NCBI GenBank assembly: GCA_902795795.1
Contig: CADBMM010000105.1
Coordinates: 1,382 to 65,381 of the forward strand
DNA length: 64,000 nucleotides
Origin: an uncultured Lachnospiraceae bacterium
Lineage (GTDB): Bacteria; Bacillota; Clostridia; Lachnospirales; Lachnospiraceae
Direction: 5' to 3'
Position numbers and translations under genes: made by a program. Below, piece by piece: positions 47,127-55,329 of the stretch. Below the pieces are notes generated by a model. It worked only from the letters and a program-made list of their open reading frames with translations, was not told where the DNA came from and ran no database searches. The stretch's first letter is position 1; every line of letters starts with the position of its first letter.

Positions 47127-47780
47127 ATGAATACGATAATTACTATAGGACGTGAATCCGGCAGCGCCGGTCATAAAATCGGAAAACTGCTTGCCGAAGA
47201 ACTGGGTATTCCGTGTTATGACAGAGAACTTCTTGAGAAAGCTTCAGAACAGTCAGGCCTGAGCCGGGAATTATTTGATAATCATGATGAAAAACCTACA
47301 AACAGTTTTCTGTATTCGCTGGTAATGGGTTCATATGTAGGTGGTTATACAAATACTATCGTTTCCGAAATGCCTCTGAATCAGAAAGTTTTCCTTGCAC
47401 AGTTCGAAACGATCAAAAGTATTGCCGCCGAAGGACCCTGCGTTTTTATTGGAAGATGTGCCGATTACGCGCTTGAGCTTGATGAAAGACTGCTGAGCGT
47501 TTTTATCCATGCAGATATAGAAGCGAGAACACAGAGGGTCGCCATAGAAAACAATCTGACAAATGCTAAAGCCCGTGAATTCATTATGAAGCAGGATAAA
47601 TCCAGATCGAGCTATTACAATTATTACACAACTAAGAAGTGGGGCGCACCCGGAAGCTATAACCTGACAGTAGACAGCGGGCTTTTCGGTATCGAGGGCA
47701 GCGTAGCGCTTATAAAAAGAGCAGTAGAGCTAAAAGAAGCCGGTGAGTTCTCAAAGATATATGATAATCCGGAGGAATAG
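47127..47780 (+). CDS. Cytidylate kinase-like family protein
   Basis: ITIGRESGSAGHKIGKLLAEELGIPCYDRELL is typical of the Cytidylate_kin2 family. Confidence 0.75.
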   Translation: MNTIITIGRESGSAGHKIGKLLAEELGIPCYDRELLEKASEQSGLSRELFDNHDEKPTNSFLYSLVMGSYVGGYTNTIVSEMPLNQKVFLAQFETIKSIAAEGPCVFIGRCADYALELDERLLSVFIHADIEARTQRVAIENNLTNAKAREFIMKQDKSRSSYYNYYTTKKWGAPGSYNLTVDSGLFGIEGSVALIKRAVELKEAGEFSKIYDNPEE

Positions 47781-47933
47781 TCGTTTAACAACGATATGGT
47801 TGTAAAATACAATATATATATTTGTAGAATCTTAACAACATTATTTTTGACAAATATATAGTATTGTGATAAAAAATAACTATGGTTTAGCTTAAAAAGT
47901 TAAATATAAAAAATTATAAGGAGAGAAAAGAGT

Positions 47934-48998
47934 ATGAAAAAGTTTTTAGCAATGACACTTGCAGCAGTTCTTGTACTTGGTTCTGCAGCAGTCGTTACAT
48001 CTGCTCCTGTTATGGCAGATGATGACGAAGTCTACACCCTGACATTCTCGGCTCACGATCCCGAGACATCAGGCATCATGAAGGCTACACAGGCTTACTT
48101 CGACAAGATCGCTGAAGTAACTGATGGCCACGTAGTTGTTGAGCCTTACTACTCAGCAGTTCTTGCAGGTGTTAAAGATGTAGGCGACATGGTTACATCA
48201 GGCGGCGTAGATATGGGATGGATCTACACATCTTACTATCCGACAATGTTCACACTTTCTGACGTAATCACACTTCCTCTTATGGGAATGACAGAGATCA
48301 TCCCGAACACTAACCTTCTCTGGGATCTGTATGAGACAGTTCCGGAAATGGCTGCACAGTGGGACGATGAGTACCAGCTCCTTCTCCTCTATGCAAACCC
48401 GCCGATGATCCTCGAGACTCGTGAAGAGATCAGAACTGTTGACCAGATCAAAGGTAAGAACATCCGTGTTCCTGCCGGCGCTATCACAGACATCCTTGCA
48501 GCATGGGGCGCAGCAGGCGTCACAATGGGACCCCCGGATATCTATGAAGCAATGGAAAAAGGCAACGTTGATGGTTACATCTTCGAGGAAGCCGGATCCA
48601 ACACATTCTCACTTTTCGAAGTTACAGAATACTGCCTTAACATGCCGCTCTTCGGCGGAGCTTTCGGCGTAGCTGTTAACAAGGATTCCTGGGATGCCAT
48701 TCCGGCAGAATATCAGGAAGCTATCCTTGCAATCTCTGGACGTGAAGGTTCTCTTGCATGCGCTCAGGCATTCCAGGATTCCCGTGATGCTGGTATCGAA
48801 TCTGCTAAGGAAGACGGCGTTATCTTCGTTGATCCTACAGAAGAAGAGATGGCTGGATGGAAGGAAGCATGCGAAGCTTATGCTGAGACATGGGCAGAAA
48901 ACATCACAAGTTCCACTGGCATTGATGGAGCAGAATATCTGAAGAATGCTCAGGAGATCTATGCTAAGTATTTAGAGGAACAGGAAAAAGCTGAATAA
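47934..48998 (+). CDS. TRAP transporter substrate-binding protein (DctP family)
   Basis: Signal peptide ending VMA|DDD, with no lipobox Cys. The DctP-like fold pattern is present (LTFSAHDPE..., VDMGWIY, ITLPLMG). C-ending two-fold codons are markedly enriched, consistent with high expression. Confidence 0.8.
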   Translation: MKKFLAMTLAAVLVLGSAAVVTSAPVMADDDEVYTLTFSAHDPETSGIMKATQAYFDKIAEVTDGHVVVEPYYSAVLAGVKDVGDMVTSGGVDMGWIYTSYYPTMFTLSDVITLPLMGMTEIIPNTNLLWDLYETVPEMAAQWDDEYQLLLLYANPPMILETREEIRTVDQIKGKNIRVPAGAITDILAAWGAAGVTMGPPDIYEAMEKGNVDGYIFEEAGSNTFSLFEVTEYCLNMPLFGGAFGVAVNKDSWDAIPAEYQEAILAISGREGSLACAQAFQDSRDAGIESAKEDGVIFVDPTEEEMAGWKEACEAYAETWAENITSSTGIDGAEYLKNAQEIYAKYLEEQEKAE

Positions 48999-49017
48999 TT
49001 ATTCAGTATGATTATTA

Positions 49018-49050
49018 TAAAGGCGGGCCGCATTTGTCAGCCCGCCTTTA
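49018..49050 (+). terminator. GC-rich hairpin between the SBP and permease genes (attenuator or partial terminator)
   Basis: AAAGGCGGGC-(11 nt)-GCCCGCCTTT with only a weak T tail. This arrangement is typical for raising the SBP:permease transcript ratio. Confidence 0.6.
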
Positions 49051-49086
49051 TAGAGTTTTAAGGAGAAAGGATAAACAGTAAAAGTC

Positions 49087-50388
49087 ATGTCAAAAGGAAT
49101 TATGGTTGGTATTATCGCTATCATAATATTCCTTGTCTTGTTGTTTATGGGCATGAATATCGGACTGGCAATGCTTCTTGTTGGTTTTGTAGGATTTATG
49201 TATCTTAGGAACTACAACGCTGCACTTGCACTGGTCAGAACTCAGCCTGTTGACACGGCATCGAAATATTCGTATATCGTAATACCGCTATTCATATTGA
49301 TGGGCAACTTTGCATTCCACGCTGGCTTGTCGGGCAATCTTTATAATGCCGCTTCAAAATGGCTTTCAAGACTTCCTGGCGGACTTGCCTGTGCAACTAT
49401 TGCTGCATGTGCTGTATTTGGTGCTATCTGCGGCTCAACTGCGGCTACAGCGGCTACTATGGGTGCAATTGCCCTTCCCGAAATGAGAGCGAGAGGGTAT
49501 GATGACAGGATATCCACCGGTGCGTTGTGCGTTGGCGGAACGTTGGGCGTTATGATCCCGCCGTCAACACCTATGATCATTTATGCTATTATTGCAGAAT
49601 GCTCTATCGGCAAGCTTTTCTCTGCCGGTATCATTCCGGGTATCATCTTAGCGGTGATGTACATTATTATCATTGTCGTTAGATGTACGATCCACAAAGA
49701 ATATGCTCCGAAACCTACCGGTACTCCATGGGGAGAAAGGTTTAAGTCTCTTATAGGTCTTATTCCTGTTGTTATCCTTTTCGGCGTTACACTTGGTGGT
49801 ATGTTCGCAGGACTGTTCTCAGTTAACCAGGCATCCTGCATCGGTGCAGCGCTTGCGTTTATCATCATGGCAGTTAACAAAAAGCTTACATGGAAGAGCT
49901 TTATGGCAGCCATGAAAGAGACCATTACGACCACAGCGATGACAATGCTTATCATGATGGGCGCCATGGTATTCTGCGGTTTCCTTGCTATTACCGGACT
50001 TCCGGCATGGATGGCCGACACGATCGGCGGAATGAATGTTTCCAAGTATGTGATCCTTCTTGTAATGACATTCATTTATATGATACTTGGTATGTTCATG
50101 GACGGTATGGCGATGACTATCCTTACAGTTCCGATCTTCCTTCCGGTCGTTCAGGCACTTGGTTGGAATGCTATCTGGTTCGGTATCTATATCATCATCG
50201 TAATGGAGATGGGCTGCATCACACCGCCTGTCGGTCTGAACCTGTTCGTTATTTACAAGACTGCGAAGAATATTCCTCTTCACATTATCTGGAAGGGTGC
50301 TATTCCTTATATATTCGCTCTTTGGGCAGGCGCATTCCTGTTCGCAGCTTTGCCGCAGATTGTTACGTTCATACCTGATATGATTTAG
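49087..50388 (+). CDS. TRAP transporter large permease (DctM family)
   Basis: A 433-aa protein with about 12 TM segments and the DctM pattern (GGLACATIAACAVFGAICGSTAATAATMG). Confidence 0.85.
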   Translation: MSKGIMVGIIAIIIFLVLLFMGMNIGLAMLLVGFVGFMYLRNYNAALALVRTQPVDTASKYSYIVIPLFILMGNFAFHAGLSGNLYNAASKWLSRLPGGLACATIAACAVFGAICGSTAATAATMGAIALPEMRARGYDDRISTGALCVGGTLGVMIPPSTPMIIYAIIAECSIGKLFSAGIIPGIILAVMYIIIIVVRCTIHKEYAPKPTGTPWGERFKSLIGLIPVVILFGVTLGGMFAGLFSVNQASCIGAALAFIIMAVNKKLTWKSFMAAMKETITTTAMTMLIMMGAMVFCGFLAITGLPAWMADTIGGMNVSKYVILLVMTFIYMILGMFMDGMAMTILTVPIFLPVVQALGWNAIWFGIYIIIVMEMGCITPPVGLNLFVIYKTAKNIPLHIIWKGAIPYIFALWAGAFLFAALPQIVTFIPDMI

Positions 50389-50400
50389 CGGAGGTGGCAT

Positions 50401-50925
50401 ATGTTTAAAAAGATCGAAAAATTCATTTATAAGATATCTGCATATGTCGGTGCTGTAAGCTATGTTGCAACTATAGCAATGATCATACTTAACCTTATTG
50501 ATATTGTAATGACAAAGTTCTTTGCAGCCAATGTCCAGGGTGCTTATGAACTTACAGAGCGTCTGCTTATGATCCTTGTATTTGCTTCACTTGCTTATGG
50601 TGAGATGAACGAAGCTCATATCCATACGACGCTGTTCATTGCAAAGCTTCCGCGTTTAGTTAAATTCCTTATTTACGGAATCATGGGCGTGCTGGCTACA
50701 GGTGCTGCGATATTCTGGGCATATGGACTTCGTATTCAGATTTCTGAATCTATCAGAAAGAATACGATCACCGATGTACTTAAGATACCGCTTTATCCCT
50801 TCTATATTATTGCGTTGATTTGTGTTATCATTTTCATTGTTACGCTTGCATGGCATACGATCCAGACATTTAAAGCGATCAAGGATGATGATTGCGCCAA
50901 CGAAATAACTAGCAGCTGGGCATAA
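50401..50925 (+). CDS. TRAP transporter small permease (DctQ family)
   Basis: 174 aa, 4 TM segments, adjacent to dctM. The P-M-Q gene order is atypical. Confidence 0.7.
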   Translation: MFKKIEKFIYKISAYVGAVSYVATIAMIILNLIDIVMTKFFAANVQGAYELTERLLMILVFASLAYGEMNEAHIHTTLFIAKLPRLVKFLIYGIMGVLATGAAIFWAYGLRIQISESIRKNTITDVLKIPLYPFYIIALICVIIFIVTLAWHTIQTFKAIKDDDCANEITSSWA

Positions 50926-50970
50926 AACTGGTATTGCATAATATGCTTTAAAGCATCATATTTACTAAAA

Positions 50971-50999
50971 AAACGGCGTTCCTTGTGGGAACGCCGTTT
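50971..50999. terminator. Bidirectional rho-independent terminator at the point where + and - strand gene blocks converge
   Basis: AAACGGCGTTCC-TTGT-GGGAACGCCGTTT, flanked by an A-run on the 5' side and TTTG on the 3' side. Confidence 0.8.
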
Positions 51000-51067
51000 G
51001 CATTACAAGATAGTTTATATTAAACATTCCGGGAAGCTGAGAGCATTCTAATAGTGTAAGCGTCGGT

Positions 51068-51826
51068 TTATTCAGGCATTTTAAGTGCCTCGACCATATC
51101 TACTTTCCTGATCTTTCCGGATACCATGAGCCCTACGATAAGCGATACCATAAAGGTCACGGCAACGCTGACTATAACTGTAAGCGGTCCGATAATTGTT
51201 TTCATTTCATATTCAGGTGCAAGCACTGACATGACCATGTTCAATACTCCGTATCCTGCTGCCAGACCAAGAACGATTCCGATTATAGTGATCCACAGGT
51301 TCTGACCTATAAGAAGGTTTTTAAGCTTTCTGTTCTTAAATCCAACTACCTTAAGTGTAGCCAGTTCTCTATACCTTTCGGTATAGCTCATAACGCCAAG
51401 ATTGTACAAGACTACGATTCCTAAAATGATGGCACCCAGTACCAGTATAATTACTCCGGTATTTAAGATCTCCATAAAAGAATCCATTGATTCAAGAATA
51501 TCGTTTTTACTCTGGACAGAAGAGAATTTTTCTTCGTGTATTTCTCCTTTTTCCAGAAGAGTGTAGATATTGTTTATCCTGTAACTGTCACTTTCAGTCA
51601 GAGCCTTTCCGTTTGATTTTAACGTCTTTGCATATTCATCAGATATAAATATACTTTCGGATACTGATCGGATAGTTCCTTTTACGGTCAATGTATACTC
51701 ATCGTCAGTTCCAAACGGGGATACTTTGATCTCATCGCCTGGCTTCAAGCTATATTTTTCAGCGATCCGCAAGCATACATATGCGCCGTCATCAGGAAGA
51801 ATCACTTCATTGTTGTTAGATACAGC
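51068..51826 (-). pseudogene. 5'-truncated FtsX/MacB-type ABC transporter permease remnant
   Basis: Only the distal extracytoplasmic domain plus the three C-terminal TM helices are present (YTERYRELATLKVVGF...). The frame is open back to a TAA at 51827-51829. There is no TM1 and no partner ATPase gene. Confidence 0.65.
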
Positions 51827-51873
51827 TTATGTACATACGCTTATTATTTCTGTGATATTAAAATCATTCACGT

Positions 51874-51900
51874 GAAAAAGCAGGGGCGAGAAGCCCCTGC
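51874..51900 (-). terminator. Rho-independent terminator of the recombinase gene
   Basis: On the minus strand, GCAGGGGC-TTCTC-GCCCCTGC followed by TTTTT, about 20 nt after the stop codon. Confidence 0.85.
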
Positions 51901-51921
51901 CTGAATATAGAAATTCAGTAT

Positions 51922-52983
51922 CTATTCTTCGCGAAGTTTTACGGCGTTTGCTGCGGTCCTTCGTCTTGCATCAGACATTGCGGCGTAATGACGTTTGGTA
52001 GTATTCACGTCTTTATGTCCGAGAACATCAGCCACAAGATAAATATCGCCTGTTTCCTGATAAAGCTGTGTGCCATATGTGCTGCGAAGTTTGTGAGGAG
52101 TAATTTTCTTAGTCGTAGTTATCTGCTGAGTATATTTGCTGACAAGATTTTCTACGGCCTTTACTGAGATACGTTTATTCTGAGAAGACAAAAACAGAGC
52201 GTTTTCATGGCCCGGAAGGGCGTTCATGTTTTTACGTGACTTAATATAGTCATCGAGGGCTTTAGCAACCTCATCACCGAAGTAAACAAACATTTCGTTT
52301 CCGCCTTTTCGGAATACATGTATACATCCGTTCCTGAAGTCAACATCTTTAATATCGAGACCTACGCATTCGGATACACGAATTCCGGTTCCAAGCAGAA
52401 GAGTAATGAGAGCGAGATCACGGACCTTGGTCTTTTCATAATATGCTTTCTGATGTTTTGAAAGGTCATCACCGGCATGTTCGATATAATCAAGCAAGGA
52501 AGCGACCTCGCCAGGATCCAGCCTGATAATTTCTTTCTGATGCAGCTTTGGCATATCTATAAGCAGCGTGGGGTTCGTGCTGATCATTTCACGTTTATAA
52601 TAATATGCATAAAATGCCCTCAGAGCCGATAATTTGCGTTTTAAGCCTTTTTCACCATTAGTAATGAGTTCACCTGTACCTGATTTATTATAAGCCTTCA
52701 GATACTCGATATATTCCTCGAGATCAAGTGCGGATATTTTATCAAGAATATCGATTGTATATGAAGTTACAGGAGTTTTGGCATAAACAGGATTTGCTTC
52801 ATGAAGATACTGGAAGAATATGCGTATATCATAAGCATACTTTATTCGTGTGCTGGCAGATGTGGTCTGGCTTATGCCGCGGAAAAAGTCACGCGCAAAT
52901 TCAGGAAGAGTTTCAAGAACCTCACGGAGTTTTAAAGTATTTTCCAGATCGGTCTGTTCGTGAAATGTTTTAGGCTGCGGCAT
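51922..52983 (-). CDS. XerS-like site-specific tyrosine recombinase
   Basis: 353 aa with a long N-terminal SAM-like domain. The catalytic set is intact: R (TGIRVSE), RKGG strand, HxxR (PHKLRST), H (LGHKD) and Y (KRHY). Length and motif spacing resemble streptococcal XerS more than the roughly 300-aa XerC/XerD. Confidence 0.75.
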   Translation of the reverse strand: MPQPKTFHEQTDLENTLKLREVLETLPEFARDFFRGISQTTSASTRIKYAYDIRIFFQYLHEANPVYAKTPVTSYTIDILDKISALDLEEYIEYLKAYNKSGTGELITNGEKGLKRKLSALRAFYAYYYKREMISTNPTLLIDMPKLHQKEIIRLDPGEVASLLDYIEHAGDDLSKHQKAYYEKTKVRDLALITLLLGTGIRVSECVGLDIKDVDFRNGCIHVFRKGGNEMFVYFGDEVAKALDDYIKSRKNMNALPGHENALFLSSQNKRISVKAVENLVSKYTQQITTTKKITPHKLRSTYGTQLYQETGDIYLVADVLGHKDVNTTKRHYAAMSDARRRTAANAVKLREE

Positions 52984-53102
52984 GTTGTTTTCCTCCGAAT
53001 TAAATAAACGATAAAAAACAATATGGGTATAACACAGTTACTCATTAGAAGTAAAAAAGCAGTTATTTGCACGTAATACTGAAATAAGCCGCTTTTTATA
53101 TA

Positions 53103-53138
53103 TAACTATTCGAAAAACCTGCGTTTTCCGAATAGTTA
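53103..53138. other. Near-perfect palindrome, a candidate dif(SL)-like recombination site (alternatively a terminator hairpin for the DUF362 gene)
   Basis: TAACTATTCGAAAAAC-CTGC-GTTTTCCGAATAGTTA, with 16-nt arms and one mismatch. It lies 120 nt upstream of the recombinase start and 20 nt after the DUF362 stop. The stem is AT-rich and no U-tract follows on the minus strand. Confidence 0.4.
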
Positions 53139-53157
53139 CCCTTCTGTATATATACCA

Positions 53158-54312
53158 CTATTTTCGAGAAATTGTCAACTTTTTTAATTCTTCGTATATT
53201 TTTTCTGATTCGGGCGGACAGCCTTTTACGTAAAAATCAAAATGTGATGTACAGTTACCAACTCCGATCTTTCCATTTTTCCCTTTATGTCCCTGGCCGA
53301 TGCCGATCCTGCAGTCAAGTTTATCGAGAAGTCCTTCCTCTTTAAGTTTTTCAAGCGCAGGTATCAACGCTGCGTAACACGCGCTGCAGGAATCGTATTC
53401 ATCAACTGCATAATTTACGTCGAGAATGCTGCCATTTTCATAGCTGTCTTCAGACGGATCACCTTCTAAAGTAATGAGTTGTAATTCTGACAGGTCTCCG
53501 CAGCCTGCGCCAAGCTGTTCGGCAAGCTTTATGTATTTTACTGTATCTACATCAACTCCGAGCAAACTGCAGCCGAAAGTATCGGCAAGCACAGGATCCT
53601 TTGCCGCCATTATACAGTTTCTAACAAGCGGACTTCCGCCCTCTTCAAAATCCGGATCTCCGCATATATGATCTATAATTATAAAGTCCTGACGTATACA
53701 CGTATTCAAAACAGCTATTGGTTTATGTAAACCAAGTCTGTGGAAACGTCTTTTTTCTGAGTCCGGAATAAGACCTTTCATGTTTTTAAGCGAACATGTC
53801 ATATGTGTCTGACAATGTCCTTTAAGAACCGGAATATTTATAAGATAATCAAAATCTTTAACACATGAACATATTTTCAGTTCATATTTCTCATCGTCAC
53901 ATGAAGGATCAAATCCTTTGGGGATATATGCCTCAGCGGTATATGTACTGTCTTTTTTTGTATTAAGAAGTTTAACTCCATATTGCGCTGAAAGGGAATT
54001 GTACCCGCAATAATCAAAAGCCTCTTCTGTTTTATCGCCGACCCAGGACCCTTCGGCTATGGTAATACATTCAAGGCCTTTATTCTGCAGATATTCGATC
54101 GCTCCGGCGACGATCTCCGGATGTGTCGTCGCACCAAAAGAAGCCGGTGACGGAGTGACCAGATTCGGTTTAATGCCGATATGGATCTTACTTACGTCTT
54201 TTCCGGATGTTTTTTCAATAATATCCTCATACAGCCCGGCAGCTTCAAGAAGACGTATCGTCATCTCCTTAAAACAGGTGCCGTATGATCTTATTATTTC
54301 ATTTTTTTTCAT
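53158..54312 (-). CDS. DUF362 domain protein with a Cys-rich C-terminal extension
   Basis: IGIKPNLV, ITIAEGS and VLKGHCQTHMTCSLKNMKG motifs are typical of DUF362. The C terminus carries CSACY...C...C...GC. Confidence 0.7.
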   Translation of the reverse strand: MKKNEIIRSYGTCFKEMTIRLLEAAGLYEDIIEKTSGKDVSKIHIGIKPNLVTPSPASFGATTHPEIVAGAIEYLQNKGLECITIAEGSWVGDKTEEAFDYCGYNSLSAQYGVKLLNTKKDSTYTAEAYIPKGFDPSCDDEKYELKICSCVKDFDYLINIPVLKGHCQTHMTCSLKNMKGLIPDSEKRRFHRLGLHKPIAVLNTCIRQDFIIIDHICGDPDFEEGGSPLVRNCIMAAKDPVLADTFGCSLLGVDVDTVKYIKLAEQLGAGCGDLSELQLITLEGDPSEDSYENGSILDVNYAVDEYDSCSACYAALIPALEKLKEEGLLDKLDCRIGIGQGHKGKNGKIGVGNCTSHFDFYVKGCPPESEKIYEELKKLTISRK

Positions 54313-54321
54313 GATTATTCT

Positions 54322-54675
54322 TTATTCGAGTGTATCTTTAGAGACCTCTTCACCGTCTCTCCAGATCCTTTCAAGGTCATAAAATACCCTGTTCTGGGAA
54401 TCGAAAATGTGAAGGACTATATCGCCATAATCCATAAGGATCCAGTTGCCGTTCAGATAGCCTTCAATATGTTTTGGAGAATGTCCGGCTCTTCCAAGCC
54501 TTTCCTCAACCTCATCAGCCATGGCCTTGACCTGGTTGCTGTTGGTTCCGTTGGTAATAATGAAATAATCGGCGATCACCGAGACTTTGGCAATATCGAT
54601 GATCCTTATATCTTCTGCTTTCTTCTCTTCAAGAGCTTCAACGGCGATCCTTGCCATTTCTTTTGCATCAGCCAT
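54322..54675 (-). CDS. rsfS: Ribosome silencing factor RsfS (iojap-like)
   Basis: 117 aa with DYFIITNGTNSNQVKAMAD and WILMDYGDIVLHIF motifs. Confidence 0.9.
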   Translation of the reverse strand: MADAKEMARIAVEALEEKKAEDIRIIDIAKVSVIADYFIITNGTNSNQVKAMADEVEERLGRAGHSPKHIEGYLNGNWILMDYGDIVLHIFDSQNRVFYDLERIWRDGEEVSKDTLE

Positions 54676-55285
54676 GAATAACCTCCGGTTTTGATGTATA
54701 TTTCATTTTTGCCAGTTCATGATAATAATTATAAGCTTCTATAGTGCTTTCGTCCATCGTTTTATTGGTCTGTCTTAAGTATCGTATCGTCTCAGACATG
54801 ACAGCCTCACAACCAAGATCCAGATCCTTAAAGGCCAGCTTTCTTATTTCAGGATCTATGGACATGATCTCTTCGCGGTTAGGCTCAATAAAATCCGCTA
54901 TATAAACGATCTGTTCAAGAGCATTCATTTCAGGCTTTCCGGTAGTATGCCACCTTATGGCTCCGAGGATCTCCGGATCCTCAATTCCATATTCTCTGGA
55001 GGCGAGAAGAACGCCTAATTTACTGTGAAGCAGCGATGTGTTTTCCCTTTCCGTTTGGGTGATTTCTATACCATTCTTTTCACAAAGGGTTATACGTTCC
55101 TGCCCTTTTATTCCCTTTGCGCAGTCATGTAAAAGACCGGCTAGACGGGCCTTTTCAATATCACAGCCATGAGCCATCGCAAGAGCCGCCGACGTATAGG
55201 CCACTCCAAGAGTATGCCTGAAGCGGTATTCGTCAAGAGAACTCCGAAGTTTATCTTCTGTTTCTTTCCAGTTTATTTCAGTCAT
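54668..55285 (-). CDS. yqeK: HD-domain protein YqeK (bis(5'-nucleosyl)-tetraphosphatase family)
   Basis: RFRHTLGV and LLHDCAK (HD motif), in the conserved nadD-yqeK-rsfS order. Confidence 0.85.
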   Translation of the reverse strand: MTEINWKETEDKLRSSLDEYRFRHTLGVAYTSAALAMAHGCDIEKARLAGLLHDCAKGIKGQERITLCEKNGIEITQTERENTSLLHSKLGVLLASREYGIEDPEILGAIRWHTTGKPEMNALEQIVYIADFIEPNREEIMSIDPEIRKLAFKDLDLGCEAVMSETIRYLRQTNKTMDESTIEAYNYYHELAKMKYTSKPEVIHG

Positions 55286-55329
55286 TTTTATATTCCCGAT
55301 CAGCCCATCATAAAGATGTATTGTTTATA

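Noticed and set aside
47781-47933. AT-rich 153-nt leader upstream of dctP as a possible riboswitch or operator. TTAACAAC occurs twice, and there is a TTGACA with a poor -10.
   Set aside because: No conserved riboswitch core is recognisable by eye. The repeats are short and the -10 assignment is ambiguous, so the evidence is insufficient to call.
51811-51838. Possible classical 28-bp XerCD dif site (TTGTTGTTAGA-TACAGC-TTATGTACATA).
   Set aside because: Only the XerD-like arm resembles the Firmicute consensus, at 8/11 positions against my recollection of B. subtilis dif. The left arm and central region do not match. I kept it only as a side note in the FtsX-remnant finding.
51901-51918. Small inverted repeat CTGAAT-ATAGAA-ATTCAG between the recombinase stop codon and its terminator.
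   Set aside because: The arms are only 6 bp, so the repeat is expected by chance in AT-rich spacer DNA. There is no second copy in the window.
51068-54312. Possibility that the tyrosine recombinase marks a prophage, ICE or genomic island.
   Set aside because: There are no phage, conjugation, excisionase or cargo genes. The flanks are housekeeping operons, and no direct repeats bracket the region. A chromosomal Xer-type role fits better.
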